This document shows, in pieces, positions 45,776 through 62,058 of a stretch of DNA of 64,000 nt. The DNA is taken from contig OZ024756.1 in NCBI GenBank assembly GCA_964016885.1, forward strand, positions 33,170,001 through 33,234,000, in the 5' to 3' direction. The position numbers and the translations under genes are program-made. Within the stretch, counting starts at the first letter, position 1. Every line of letters starts with the position of its first letter. The notes beneath the pieces are model-generated. The model saw only the letters and a list, made by a program, of their open reading frames with translations, searched no databases and was not told where the DNA came from. The DNA comes from Eledone cirrhosa. Its lineage: Eukaryota.

Positions 45776-45953
45776 TATATATATATATATATATATATGT
45801 ATGAGAGACGTAAAATAAGAAAATTATAAAAATTAACTTACTTACTAAAATTTCACTCCAACTAATCAGTTTCTGAAAGGGAATAAACATAGTTTCTGAA
45901 GAAACGTACGGAGAAGCCTATATATATATAGATATATATATGTATGTATATAT

Positions 45954-46133
<180 letters not shown>

Positions 46134-46605
46134 GGAAATAAATACCAAACTCAAATATGTACTGGAGGCGAACGATATCAACGAGTAAATCCATCTGTCG
46201 CCGTGCTACGACATGGGCTCCCTCTCAAATGTCTGAAACCGGTAAAATGAATAAAAGAATGAAAGAATGAAAGAATCACTGTCATTGAAACCTTCTTCTG
46301 CCTCAAATTCACATACTGCATCCATCTCCGTTCTATTCCATTTTTCTTTTATAAAAACCCAATATTATGAAAGGCGGGAAAACGAATGTAGCTTTGTGTG
46401 GCAAGGCAATATATTTGAATGAATTTTAATTAAGACGGTCCCTGAATGATATTTTAATCAAATGAATTCAGGTAAAAATTAGCGGTGAAATGAATAAAAG
46501 GATTTCGTTCACGTCGTTTAGAAAAAGAAATTGTCTGTATAGAATGCAATAACATAGAAATCGGATTATATGATCATCTGCTTTCAAAGAGCGTTTGAAG
46601 TGTGC

Positions 46606-47500
46606 CTATGTTGGTGATGGACGTGGTGACGATGTGGGGTTGCTGGTAGTTTCATCAGCAGAGGTGATAGTTGTGGCTGATGTGACGGAGTTGGCTGATG
46701 TGGGTGGTGGTGGTGGTGGTGGCAGATATGGTGGAGGTGGCAGATGTGGTGGTGGTGGTGGTGGTGGCTGATGTGATGGTGGTGGTGGTGATGGTGGTGG
46801 TGGTAGTGGTGGCTGGTGTGGTGGTGGCTGATATGGTGGTGGTAGTGGTGGCTGATGTGGTGGAGGTGGTGGCTGATGTGGTGGTGGTGGTGGTGGTGGC
46901 TGATGTGGTGGTAGTGGCTGATATGGCAGTGGTGGCGGTTGCTGATATGGCGGTGGTGGCTGATGTGGTAGTGGTGGTGGTGGTAGTGAAAGTGGCTGAT
47001 TTGGTGGTAGTGGCGGTGGTGGCTGATGTGGTGGTGGTGGTTGCTGTTGTGGTGGTGGTGGTGGTGATAGTGGCTGATTTGGTGATAGTGGCGGTGGTGG
47101 CTGATGTGGTGTTGGTGGTGGTGGCTGATGTGGTGGTGGTGGCTGATGTGGTGGTGGTGCCTGATGTGGTGTTGGTGATGGTGGATGGTGGTGGTGGTGG
47201 TGGTGGTGGTGGTGGTGGTGGTGGTGGTGGTGGTGGTGGTGGTGATATGTCGCGCTGGCGATCATCATGGTGGCTTCGGAATGATTAATAAAGAATTTCT
47301 AAGGTTTTTATTATTATTCTATGCACATTTTCAATGTTTTATGAGGCTATTAATGAAAATATGAAATTTAAAATGAAAGAAACTAGATATAAAAAATATA
47401 AATAAATGCAACAAAAAAATATATATAATGACAACAATGATAATAAATTAATAATAATAATATCAATAAATTACAGATAATAATAATAATTAATTAATAC

Positions 47501-47566
<66 letters not shown>

Positions 47567-47687
47567 TTTATAATAATAATATAATTGTCAAAAGACATAA
47601 TTAAGTATCTCTTCAATAATTTATATTTTCAAATTAGCTTATTTTGATTTCGTTTTCTATTGCTGTTGTTTCATAATGCTGCATTGT

Positions 47688-47755
<68 letters not shown>

Positions 47756-47809
47756 TTGTTCTTGACTGTGATGAGGGTGATTATGGTGTTGATTGTGTGA
47801 TTGATGATT

Positions 47810-47845
<36 letters not shown>

Positions 47846-48700
47846 TTGACTGTGCTGATAACGATGGTGACGGTGATGATGATGATGATGTTGACTGTGA
47901 TGATGATGATGATGTTGACTGTGCCGATAATGATGGTGACGGTGATGACGACGATGATGATGATGATGTTGACTGTGATGATGATGATATGATGAGAATG
48001 ATGATGTTGGTGATGAATGAGTATGGTGGTGGGGGATGCTGATGAATATGGTGATGGTGGTGGTGGTGGTGGTAGTTACTATGGTGGGGGGTGTATGGTG
48101 GTGGTGGTGGTGGCGGTTGTGGCGATTATGGTGACGGTGATGTGTATGGTGGTGGTGGTGGTGGTGGTGGTTGTGAGGACTATGATGCTAATTATGATAA
48201 TGGTATAATGGGAATTGAGATAATGATTATGAGAATGATGATGATGGCTGTGAGGATGTGAATGATTACAACGGCAGGAATACGAAAAATGATGCTGATG
48301 TTGATGATGATGATGATGATGATGCGGTGGTGGTGGTGGTGGTGATTGTGGCGGTTGGGATTGTGGTGGTGATGATGATGCTGATGCTGTTTGTTTTTTG
48401 TTGTTTTTGTTGTTGTTGTTGTTGTTGGAGTTCTTGATGGTGGTGGTTGTTGTAGTGGTGGTAGTGGTAGTGGTGGTGGTGGTGGTGGTTGTGGTGGTTG
48501 TGGTGGTTGTGGTGGTTGTGGTGGTGATGATCACAAGTTTCTCATCATTATGATAATGATGATGGTGAAATAAGAGTAATGATGCTAGTGTTGATGCTGA
48601 TGCTGTTTGTTTTGTTGTTTTTATTGATATTTTTATTGGTGGTGGCGGTGGTGGTTGTGATGATGATGGTGATGATCAGTTTCTCATTATTATGATAATG
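46606..48700. repeat. Low-complexity GGT/GAT/AAT region including a (GGT)n-GGCTGATGT minisatellite
   Basis: Direct reading; it produces spurious Pro/Val/Asp-rich ORFs. Confidence 0.9.
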
Positions 48701-49055
48701 TTAATGATGATAGTAAAAAGTATAGTAAATGAAGAAATCAGTTTTGATTTGACGTGAAATAATTATGATGTGACTGAGATGATGATGCTGGTGTTCTTAA
48801 TATTGATATTGACAACGAACCATTGCATGGTGTATGCCGTGATAATATCCCATTTCCATCTTGTTATTATTTATACATTGATATCACGAGAATATGAAAG
48901 ATAATGCACTTCCGACAACACATTAAATGCTTCCGCCTAAGAACGTTAAATTTACTGAGCTATTAACAATAGAAACCATACAACAATTACTAATAGAGTA
49001 CATGCATACATATATACATATATATATATATGTGTGTGTATGTGTGTGTGTGTGC

Positions 49056-49090
<35 letters not shown>

Positions 49091-49333
49091 CGTGTGTGTG
49101 ACTGTGTGTGCAGGTGTGTGCGTGTGTGCTAATGCATTTGTGTAAGGAGTGATCATCTTATAAGTGTGAATATATAAATAAATACATTATATTATATATC
49201 CCCGAGGTTAACTTTGCCTTTCATCCTTACGGGGTCGATACAATAAAGTACCAGTAATACACTGGGGTAATAGCTGACCCTGTGCCATTATTTAAGGGTA
49301 TGTCAATATTTGTTTATAAAACTGATTTATTAT

Positions 49334-49396
49334 ATTTTATCTGATGAAAGAGCACCATAATTGGCTTTGGTGTCGTTGAAATATGTATAATGAAAT
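49334..49396 (+). ncRNA. Minimal type I hammerhead motif in the family A copy at 49295-49480
   Basis: ATTTTAT-CTGATGA-AAGAGCACCA-taattggctt-TGGTGTCGTT-GAAA-TATGTA-TA-ATGAAAT. Confidence 0.7.
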
Positions 49397-49555
49397 AAAT
49401 ATGGTTTTATAAATATAGTTTCCATTTGTTAATATAATGTATTTTTACTCCAATAATTTGTTGAGTGCTTTATATCCGTTAAAAAAAAAGCAAAATTGGC
49501 CACACGTACATACCTTGTGTTTTTTTTTAAACAAATAACGATCGATTTCAATACT

Positions 49556-49742
49556 TGTTTCTACTTTAGGCACAAGGCCAGCAATTACCCAGTGCATTAC
49601 TGGTACTTTATTTTATCGACCCCGTAAGGATGAAAGGCAAAGTCAACCTCGGCGGGATTTGAACTCAGATCGTAAAGGGACGTAACTATGCTTGAAAGCA
49701 TGGCGTCCGACCCTCTACCGATACTGCCAATCCACTGCCCTT
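49556..49742 (-). mobile_element. SINE S1 full length with 17-bp TSD CGATCGATTTCAATACT
   Basis: TSD at 49539-49555 and 49743-49759. Confidence 0.95.
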
Positions 49743-51417
49743 CGATCGATTTCAATACTGAAGTAAAAATGTATCAAATTTAAAATTGAAAAAAATTATA
49801 AACAAATGTTCTAGTCAAATGTTTGTGAGTTAATATGTACAAAAAGCCATTATGTAATTTGACAATATTTTGATAAGAAAATAATTGTGTTTTATAATAT
49901 ATTCGTCTAATATTTTTCATTTTAGTTTCATCTATAATATTTTTTCTCGATTAGATTTTTTGAAAAGATGTGTATATGTTATTTACATAAACTCTTTGTC
50001 AGTGCTACTTTTATTGTGATGTTATTACCCGTTTATTCGTCGTAATTTCATTTAAACTCCGTTAAGACTTATATTGATTGGGTATTTAACGAACCTTGTT
50101 GAATTATTCAAGGCCAACAATGTTTCGGAGAGGGGAGTGTCAATGTTAATCAACTCCAGGAAATTACAGGTACTTCGTATTATCGACTTCATATCGATGG
50201 TCGGATTTCAACACAGAACGTAAAGGACCGTAATAAATTCATTGCAAAGCATATTGTTCTGCGTTCTACCGGATAATCCCAATCTAACACCCCCATTATA
50301 CATCAATAATTGTTTCTACTTTTGGCACAAGCAATTATCGCACTGTATTACTGGTACTTTATTTTATCGACCCCGTAAGGATGAAATATCTCAATAATGA
50401 GATATTGTTTGTTTTGAACACTCTCCAACAAAAGATCATGTACATCGTTGTTTGGTCCACTAGAAATAGCAGCCAACCCTCTGCCTCTCCCCGCCCTCTC
50501 TCTCCCCTCTTCCCCTTTTGTTTCCAGATCGAAAATGAAAAAACAACAAAAGAAGAAGGAAGAATGAAATTGTATTTTTACTTAAAAGCATTGTTTATCT
50601 AACAAGTCAAGCGCACACACACACATATAATTTATATATATACATATATATACATACATACATACACACATATATATATATATATATATATTAGTATACA
50701 TGTAGATAGGTGTGCATAATGTGACATATATAAATAAACTGGCTGTCTTTGTGATTCGGTATATTTCGTATATATATATATGTATGTATTTATTTATGTA
50801 TTTATATATATAATTGTTGGCTGTATAGAAACTCCTTATATTTGTCTACCTGTGGAAAACTATCAGCACTGAAAGGAAACAAAAAATCAACATAAACTAA
50901 TGTATAGGAAGAAAAAATTGAAATTAAAATACAGGAAAGGAAAAGTAATGAAATGAAAGATGGTTATTTCAGATCTGTCTTCAGGAAACAGACATTTCGA
51001 AAACCAATAATTACACGAGAAAAGCAGCACATAACAAAGTGAATAAATAAATAAATAAATAAATAAATGGTTAACAAAATATAGAAATAAATAGTTAAAT
51101 AATGAAATAAATAAGCATTCAAGAAGCAGTTTAATAAATTGATTTCAAAAATAATTATTTTACTTTTACGAAAATTCTTAATTTGAAATGTTCTTTGAAT
51201 ATCTGGGGAGAAATATATTTGATCAATTAACGAGAAAATTTAAGTAATTTTCGCAGGAAAATAACCTGCCTCTGTATAAAATGGAATAAAACATGATGGC
51301 AAATAACAAGTCAAAAATTAAGTTTAACCAAACCAAATGTGTTTTACGTTTGCTCCCCTCGAGAAGTAAAACAAAATAAAATAAAAAAAGGTAAATAACA
51401 TTGAGAGTAATAATGGC

Positions 51418-51474
<57 letters not shown>

Positions 51475-51475
<1 letters not shown>

Positions 51476-52420
51476 CTTTCTTTATTAACCACAAGGGTTT
51501 ACATAAAGTAGACATTAAGGACAGTACAGGACAATACAGGACGGTACAAATGTGCATTTCTGAGTGTAAAAAACAAAAACAGAGGATATAACAAAAAGAT
51601 AACAATGAAAAATTCCCCAATACGGGGGAGACTTCCGAGGGACATTCGTGGAGAAAGCCCATTAAAAAGCCACAGTGACCCTGACCACCAGGGCAAGTGC
51701 CCTCTCCCAGTTTTCCACCTTTAATTTACAGACACATAATCAGAGTATTCACTCGGGCCATTCTTGCCTCTCTCACCCATCTTTCAACAAAATGCTGGGA
51801 AGAGAGCACTTCCCTCTCTACCATGATTTTCCTTTTCAAATGAAATTTGAAAAAGTTAATCAGGGCACCACCGAAGAGGTAAGTGCTCGTCTTCAGCCCT
51901 TTCAAACGTGTCCACCATACTATCTCTTTCGCCATGGCCACCACACAGATAAAAACTTCCTGCCCTTCCCGGTTAAAGGAAGAGGACGGGGCAATCCTCA
52001 CGATGGACTCAGCTGATAGCTGGATTCGTCCTACACGCGACAGTAGGTGTTCGACATAAACCCACAAGTCAGCAATACTCGGACACTGGACGAGTGCTTG
52101 TAGGACGGTTTCGTTGCCCTGCGCGCATCTCGGACATGCCCGGCTGACGGCACCTCCATGCGTGTAGAGTTTATCCCGAACTGGCAAAGCTCCTCGGTAG
52201 CACTCCCAGGCCAGTGATTTCTGTAAGTTGTCCATAGGCCCCGGCCCGAAAGTTCTTCCGGAGAGATTGGCTAGTTGATTTTCGTCGACGCCTAGAGTTT
52301 CTCCAAGTACGTCGTCTCTCTTCCCCTCCACTAATCCTCTATAGAACGCCAAGGTGGAGTTTCCACCGATCACATTGCCCGATTGGTCGAGTGCCGTGAG
52401 CGCCTGAAGACATTCCAGTC
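51475..52420 (-). mobile_element. L1/Tx1-clade LINE 3' end (zf-RVT region plus 3' UTR) in (AAT)n
   Basis: ORF 51726..52373: LAWECYRGALPVRDKL...CPRC...ETVLQALVQC...W; AATAAA followed by (ATT)n. Confidence 0.9.
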
Positions 52421-52622
52421 AATAATAATGATGATGATGATGATGAGAAGAATAAGAATAAGGACAACAACAACAACAACAAAAACAACAGCAACGACGA
52501 CGTCGAAAAAAAAATAATGATGATTATTATAACTGTAAATTTGAAAGAAAACCGAACAAAGAAGAGACAAGAATACACGATCTTTGTACCTCAAAAGGTA
52601 AAACTGTAGTAGTAGTAATAAT

Positions 52623-52658
<36 letters not shown>

Positions 52659-53013
52659 CGTGTCTGATTGTGGATGTGGCCTGCCCTTTCGACACGAGAG
52701 TGCAAGAGAAGGAGAGGGAGAAAATTAACCGATGCCAGGACCTAAAGTGGGAGGTGAAAAGGATTTGGAACTGCCATGAAGTCAAAGTGATCCCGATTGT
52801 CATAGGCGCACTGGGGACTATCTCCAACAGTTTCCAGGGATGGTTAAAGAAAATCGGCCCCTTCACGCTTTTTGGAACGCTTCAAAAGGCATGCTTGCTT
52901 GGAACAGCAAGAACTCTCCGATACGTCCTGAATATCTGAGGCTGCAGGTAGTGGCTTGATATTCATTCCAACGGACTTTCCAGTTAACCAACATCAATGA
53001 CTGAGATTCAAGG
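52659..53013 (+). mobile_element. R4/Dong-clade non-LTR element 3' end (restriction-like endonuclease) in (AAT)n
   Basis: CLIVDVACPFDTRVQEKEREKI..DLKWEVKRIW...VIPIVIGALG...LQKACLLGTARTLRYVL. Confidence 0.85.
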
Positions 53014-53023
53014 AATAACAACA

Positions 53024-53061
<38 letters not shown>

Positions 53062-53076
53062 TATAATAATAATAAT

Positions 53077-53527
53077 GATTTCTTTATTAACCACAAGGGT
53101 TTACATAAAGTAGACATTAAGGACAGTGCAGGACAATGCAGGACGGTACAAATGGGCATTTCTGCGTGTAAAAAAACAAAAACAGAGGATGTAACAAAAA
53201 TAACAATGAAAATAACAATGAAAAATTCCCCAATAGGGGGGAGACTTCGGAGGGACATTTGTGGAGAAAGCCCAGTAAAAAGCCACAATGACCCTGACCA
53301 CCAAGGCAAGTGCCCTCTCCCAGTTTTCCACCTTTAGTTTACAGATATATACTCAGAGTCGGCCCATTCACTCGGGCCATTCTTGCTTCTCTCACCCATC
53401 TTTCAACAAAATGCTGGGAAGATAGCACTTCCTTCTCTACTCTGATTTTCCTTTTCAAATGAAATTTGAAAAAGTCAATCAGAGCATCACCGAAGAGGTA
53501 AGTGCTCGTCTTCAGCCCTTTCAAACG

Positions 53528-53529
<2 letters not shown>
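53077..53529 (-). mobile_element. Second, shorter copy of the same Tx1-like LINE 3' end
   Basis: High identity to 51475-51910; (AAT)n on both sides. Confidence 0.9.
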
Positions 53530-53575
<46 letters not shown>

Positions 53576-54374
53576 GCAACAAGAAAAAAAGAAGAATCAG
53601 AAGAGGATGTGTTATTCCTACAGGTTATTGTGTTGAGCTTCTGGTCATAGGTTGTTGCTATTTTCAATTCCTAAACCGGTCTATGATTCGTGACCTTTGT
53701 CCTAGTGTTCCATCCCAGACTCACATTCATGATAGTACTAGGGGCACTATAATTTTTAGAAAATACGAGAAATCTCCTGTGAGATGAAACCTCGTGGAAT
53801 GCCCGCTAAATCTACATAAGTAATTTTCAGCCCATTTCCTTTTGGCATAACATTCATATAATTCTTAATTCACATGTTTCGTGTGTTAGACACATACAAA
53901 TGAGTTTAAATCTCAAAATGAATGACTGGCTATGCCTAACCTGCGGAGAAACAGCAACGACATAACTAACGAAATAAATATGTTTTTCGATAGAATATAC
54001 AGATTTGTTGTTTCCTTTTATGTATATTAATCAAAACTTCCAGAATTGTGTTTATTCTAAACATCAGTTATAATGTAATGGTACAATAAAGAAAGCGTAT
54101 ATGGTAAATGTTTTTTCTGTACTACATGTAAAGAGTAAAAAGTAACATTACTAAAGGAAAAAAAACATTCAACGTATGACAACGTTATGAAATACGAAAG
54201 AACATAGATAGAGTAACAGGAGTCCGTTTAAACTGAGTTAAGATATACCATATCTTCTGCAAATTCCAGCCGACTGAACCACATCTGCCAGATATGACAC
54301 CACTTCCAACCCGACTGCGGTCTTCAATCTTATTCATAAGAATGTCACTGTTGCAATTATGTCACTGTTGCAAT

Positions 54375-54422
<48 letters not shown>

Positions 54423-54453
54423 CGCGCGTGTGTGCGTGTGTGTGTGTGTATAT

Positions 54454-54491
<38 letters not shown>

Positions 54492-55174
54492 GGTAAACAG
54501 AAAGAACAACACAATCGGGACAGTATATGAAATACAATATATAATATTAAAACGAAGTCATCGGAAAAACCGATATATCTTCGACCGCTTTCTCACCCAA
54601 TCAATACTTTAATTAAGCCAGCATCCTAAGATACGAACCAAAATGTGAATACGTTAAATATATACATATGTGCATGTGTGTGTGTGTGCGCGTATGCGTG
54701 TATGTATGTATGTGTGTGTTTGTGTGATTGTATTCCTGTATATTTATTTGCCTACTGGTTTCTATGTGCGCATGTATAGGTTTGAAAATATATCCGCTTA
54801 GCATAGTGCTTATGACTTTTACAGAATTAAGTGACAAGTCTGTTAACAAAGCCACTACTTTACACTGTTATTACATAATAGGTAACAGCATTGTAATGAA
54901 GTAATAATGAGTGCTATTCACTAAATTCAATTATTTACAGAAGAATAATTGAATTAGTGTCTCCATTTACAAGCAGCTCTTATCGTTCAACAACATTTGA
55001 TAATACCTTCTATTTGGGTGCGTTTTTTACAAAGTACAGGTAATATTTTCATTATTCACGCAGTTAGTTAATCTTTCTGTTATTGTTCTCGATATTTCTT
55101 CCCCTCTATTTCAATCTCCTTTATCTAATTTCCTAAGTCACACGCACATTATGCAAAAACAAATTCTCTCTCCA

Positions 55175-55223
<49 letters not shown>

Positions 55224-55225
55224 AA

Positions 55226-55548
55226 ATTATTTCTACTTTTGGCACAAGGCCGACAATTATTCCAGTGCATTACTGGTACTTTATTTTATCGACCTCGTAA
55301 GGATGAAAGGCAAAGTTAACCTTGGCGGGATTTGAACTCATACCATAAAGGGCCGTAACTCTTTGCTGCAAAGTATGGCGTCCGACCCTCTACCGATACT
55401 GCCAATCCACCGCATAATTATTGTTTCTACGTTTGGCACAAGGCCAGTAAATTACCCAGAGCATTACTGGTACTTTATTTTATCGACCCCGTAAGGATGA
55501 AACGCAAAGTTAACCTCGGCGGGATTTGAACTCAGAATGGCAAGGGCC
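55226..55548 (-). mobile_element. Two tandem SINE S1 copies (55226-55412 and 55420-55548)
   Basis: Both match S1. Confidence 0.9.
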
Positions 55549-55900
55549 GATGAATATGAAGACTAAAATCCGAAGAGGGTTTCGATAAGTATAATATATA
55601 TATATAAAATATATAAAACTCGTAGAGCAAATATTTATCAAAATAACAGATTAAAGTTTAAGCAAAGAATCGCTGCTTTCACCCTTAACGGGGGGGGGGG
55701 TGAAAGCAGTGATTCTTTGCTTAAACTTTAATCTGTTATTTTAATAAATATATATATATATATTTAGTTTTGCCGTCTTGAGGGCTCAGGTTATCTTAAC
55801 TGTTAGTCCCCAGTGAAATATGTAAAACGGAGTTTTAAATAAACCTGAATCAACTGAATATGGCCGATCTTTATTAATATAAAAATATATATATGTATGT

Positions 55901-56030
55901 GAAGGCGTGTGGCTGAGTGGTTAGAGAATTGGATTCACAATCTTGAGGTTGTGAGTTCGATTTCTGGACCGGGCGATGCGTTATGTACTTGAGCAAGACA
56001 CTTTATTTCACGTTCCTCCTTCTACCTGGA
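55901..56030 (+). mobile_element. Second tRNA-derived SINE family (S2); diverged relatives near 19040-19140 (+) and 41200-41300 (-)
   Basis: A box GTGGCTGAGTGG, B box GAGTTCGATT, CORE-like CTTGAGCAAGACACTTTATTTCAC. Confidence 0.7.
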
Positions 56031-58793
56031 GTTGCGACCGATAGATAGTACTAGCAACTGGAAAGACCAACGGAAACATTGTTTCCTCGGTCCGATTTGA
56101 CGAAAGTCGATCGATCCTCTCATATGTATGTATGTGAGTGTGTTTGTGTGTGTGTTTGTGTATGTATGTATGTATGTGTGTGTGTAAAGATATGCTTAAG
56201 CTTGACCATATACAACAACAACTACTACTGCTGCTACAGCTGCTGCTGTTGCTACTGCAGCTGCTGCACACACATACACACACACATATATGTATATAAA
56301 TATATATGTATATATAGAGATAGAGAGAGGGAGAGAGTGACTAGTGTATGTACTGTATACCTCTATATGTTTATGTGTTACTATTTAACCGAGATCTCTT
56401 AATCCTAATTAGTTCAGATAATATTCCTAAATCAATTTATCTCTTCGAATATTTGTATTTCGTGTGAATTGACTCGTCTCTGCTTATTCTCATATATCTC
56501 TTTAAGTATCTATAATTATTGTCTATAATTTCTATGTTTCATTTGTTTTTGTCACTTTCATCCTGGCTTTTTGACATCATTCAGATTCGAATGTAATAAA
56601 GCGTTATGTCTTCAAATAAGTTTAAACTCCTGTGTGAGTGCCAAGTTAATCGTGTGCTTAAAGAGGAAGTTACACAACCGAAGAAGCACGACATTATTCA
56701 TATATGTTTCGTGGCTATTCGCCAATAATCTTCACGAACTTAAGTTGCTTAAGTCTTGTTTAAAGTAAATGGCATTACGAGAAGACAGACAGGGAGATAA
56801 ATAGATAAATAGATAGAGAAAGTGAAAGAGCGCCTATTTATTTAACATACTAAAAGACATCGTTTAGTTGAATTATTATAAAACAATTACTGATGCTTGC
56901 TCGTTGTATCAAACTGAGAATGGAACGAAAAAGCTTAAATAAAATCCGAAATCTCTACATTTGCATGCTAAATATTCTTAGTTGGTCGTTTAGTTTGTGT
57001 TATATATTGTAGCTAAGATAATGCCAAAGGAAGGTTTTGTTAATGAGAATGTTGAATGCTATTTAAGATGCTGAATATGCTGAGGCAAGATTTTGTCTTC
57101 ATAACTTATTTGTTTATTATAAGATTAGTCATTAGTGGTGATTATTGTCTTCATTTTGAGCATGTATATAAATTGAACTATGATGAATGCATCCAGATTT
57201 ATACAATAATTAACATGAGATAATTTAGGCTGAGATACTCTATGTCGTCAAATATATAACGTCTAGAATATCCTTCATTCGTTCAGAACTGTTCTATGAA
57301 TGAGGAAAAATAACATAACAAAGCTGAATTTAAATACATTACTGTAACAAAACGAATTGTAGTTAATGTATACGCTGTTTGCACATGCCAGCACTATGTC
57401 ACTTTATTTGATAATAGTAGCTAAAGGTTTTACAACTGCAGGGTATGTTGTCTAATGTAGTCCTAATTATCATAGGTTTTTTTGGGGAAAAAAAGAAAGC
57501 TAGTTATTTTTGATTTTTGATGGAAACTCTTTGATCAAAGGCGTGCTACATGAGAGCTGACATGGTCACAACAAAAAATTGTAACACAGGAGATATAAAT
57601 GGCGCATTTCATGATTTTGAATAGTCGTGATTCTAGAGCTATGGAGAGCACATATCACTTCGCTCAACGACAATTCATAACACAAGTAAGCTTGCTGTTA
57701 AAGAAAATACTTGAATAAAAATAAATCGCTGTGATATTAAAACGTCTTCCAAAGTACTACATAGGAAATTTAATGAAGTATATATAGGGAAATATAACAA
57801 TGCTGTAATGTTTTTTTGTTTTTTTTTTTACTTTAAGCACAAGGCCAGTAATTTGGCGAAGGGCAAGTTTAATTAAATCAATTCCTGTAGAAGACAGATG
57901 CCTTACTTTAATACCTTGAAAGAACGAAAGTAACGTTGACCTCACTGGGATTTTAAGTTCATATGTATGGCACTAGGATGTAACCAAATATTGTAATGCA
58001 TTTCATTCAACGCAGGAAAGATTCTGCAATTCCTAAAACCTATATAGTTACATGAAATACTGGTTTCGGATTTGGGCACACGGCCAAAGTACATGAAATA
58101 ACGAAAATGCTGCACGTTTTCATAAATGCAAACACGCCATCGTTGAGATAGGGATTGCACACAGTAAGCTAATTATGGTCCACCGTATCCTACATGTTCT
58201 AATAATTCTTAAAATGTCACGTATATAACAGCATCTGTTTTAAGCTCCAGGCAACCTTCGAAACACGACATGATTTTGGATTCGTTTTACAAATTCCGTT
58301 GAATACATGTCACTTCAGTGAGTGATAGCTTTGGGTAAATATTGAACGAGAATGAAATATGACGCCTACATTAAAATATAATGCAACTGAATTTTCAAGA
58401 TAATATAAATCAATATATATAAGAACCATATCTAATGGGAATTGAAGTTGGATATATTTTCGTAGTTAGTCAACCTGGTTATAATTAGTAGACTATACTA
58501 ATATACATAATAATAATTACACCAATAATCAATAGAAGAAATCATGTTTTACTGATTAATTCTAACCAAGAAAACCAAGCGAGGCAACCACAGAATTGAA
58601 ATACAGTGAAACTATTTTAAACTAAAATGTAGCAGGGACAGGTTTTGATCTTTCTTATGGTGAAATGTCTGGAGATGTTTCGATTTTATGAGATTACAAT
58701 AACATACCAGAAGCATATTATATGTGTTACTAAAGTGGTGTACAAGCTTACATATATAAACATGTATGTATATATACACACACACACACACAC

Positions 58794-58871
<78 letters not shown>

Positions 58872-60222
58872 CTCATGTATCTTCTGTTTTCTATGTGTAT
58901 ATAAAAATGTGATAGCTTAAGTATACATGCAATTAAAGGATTATGTTTCATACGATCCTATTTTATTGTTATTATATGATGCATTTGGGAATATTGGAAT
59001 GTTATTTTTGGAGCTCAATGTGGATCTATTTCTCATATCATCAACAATAACCATGTTATACTTACGAAGCTTTTAATGTAACTCCAGTTTAAGAATCCTT
59101 ATACACAGCATTGATGAATTCCTATTCGGATTCCATTATAAATAAAATGTATTTACATTAGGTCTTTATTGTCAAGATTCTCAAAACTTCGTTTTATTTA
59201 CAATCCTCAAGTTTCACGTTATGTTTATTTAAATGCTTCTATAACCATTAACCTTTTTATTATATTCAATGAAAGAAGCAGTGGCGCAATCTAAACATAT
59301 GTTATGATTGTGGTATTGGCAGTTTCTCAAGTTCTTAATGTGTGCATGTGAATACGGATTGCTTGTAGATTATAGAAACATATGCATTCGCAACATTTCG
59401 CTTTCAATAGACATCTGTGCTTGTATGTATGTATCAGATACATTAGGCAAGCCTTCACTGTTTATCTTATCATGGAATCACGTTTGCTGATATATGTAAA
59501 CAGAAGACCCTTGCAATAATAGCCATATTTAGTTCAACATAAATATAATTTGTTATAATGTATAATGTTGATTTTTACTTCAGGCAGAAGGCCAGTATTT
59601 TTGCTGGCCAGTACATAAATCAAAACGAACCAGTTTTATTTTAACAACCCGGGGTAGAATGAAAAGCCAAATTGGCGCTGATGGGGTTTAAACTCATTAT
59701 GATAATAATATAATAAAATGTGTGCGAGCGGGTATAAATAAATCGATTCAAGTTATTGAAACAATGAATCAGCTTCCTCACAAGTTTAGAGTGCATGTGG
59801 TTGATTATTTCAAAGACACGTACACTATTAATTCATCTTCCCAAGGGATCATGTTTGACAAATTGCGTGACAAAGGCGGCTTTTAAATAAAAAGTATTAA
59901 CTGAATAGCAGTAGGGTTGCTTAAAATAGTTTGCTCATATATACAACGCACCTCCGAGAATCTAAGACATGACCGTAAGCTGAGTATCCTAACGGAACCA
60001 TGCATCTTTACATAACACCATGTACATAAAAAGAATCATACACAAGCACATACATACATGCACATAGGTATAGTGATACTCTGAGTCCTGAGTTCAAAAC
60101 TTGCTCGACCTCGAGAATACATGATGGACATCGTAAAACATTAAGACATTCCAAGTAACCTATATATTTATATATATATATATATATATGAAAAATAGAG
60201 TGTTGCGTGGTTGTACAGGGGT

Positions 60223-61114
<892 letters not shown>

Positions 61115-61953
61115 TCTCGCTTTCATAGAAATGCGATTAAATTAGCAGTATTTCAATAGACTTGATGCAGCTTCAACCAGTTTCAATTATGAGCACATGT
61201 CATTCTGACACTGAATTCAACTATTTCCTTTGAACATCTAATAAAACCAATCCCATCACTTTCATGCACAGTTGTTCATATCATACACACGCGATGCTTT
61301 GTACATTGAATTGTATCCTCCTTCTAGGATCTATGCAATGGGCTAATGCTGAAAATTCTTGTCAAACATACATATAAAATTTCTCCCACTACAAACAGGT
61401 TTTTCAGGCATATCAATCACTGATTACCTTGCATCGTATGCACATAACACTATTCATACAATGGCGCATCACAAACATTTACCTAAATACCGAATTAGTT
61501 ATGACTATAATAAATATACATGCATAGTCAAAAATGATTGAACTTAATGAATGTTAAATATTTTTATCATGAACTGATTACTAAAATGAGGGGAAATATA
61601 TATCTCTAGTATATAATACCTGATGGGTTATTCGGTTGGTCGGTGATTCTGAAGTCACACGAGAAAGAGCATGGGGATAAAAACAGTGAGATTTAACATA
61701 CGGGTTATCCTATTAGTAATTTACATTACTTTATACATACTATTGTATTTTTGTGGTAAAGGCTTTATCTTACATAATTATCTCACTTAATATCGAATCT
61801 ACGAGATTTTAACGTCATTTATTTTGAGAACAATACCTTAATGTCAGTATGAGTGGCCAGTTATGGCCTGTGTGAAGTGAAAGATGTTTAAATGCTAAAG
61901 GGTTAAAGAAGGTGTATACAAATAGACCACTCTGGATTGTAAAATAAGACAGA

Positions 61954-62058
<105 letters not shown>

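Noticed and set aside
45868-45916. CTGAAAG...GAAACGTACGG hammerhead-like relic (similar case at 55565-55635)
   Set aside because: Several core positions are mutated and stem II is unconvincing
59066-59125. Minus-strand GTAAGT donor with an upstream AG
   Set aside because: All three frames contain stops
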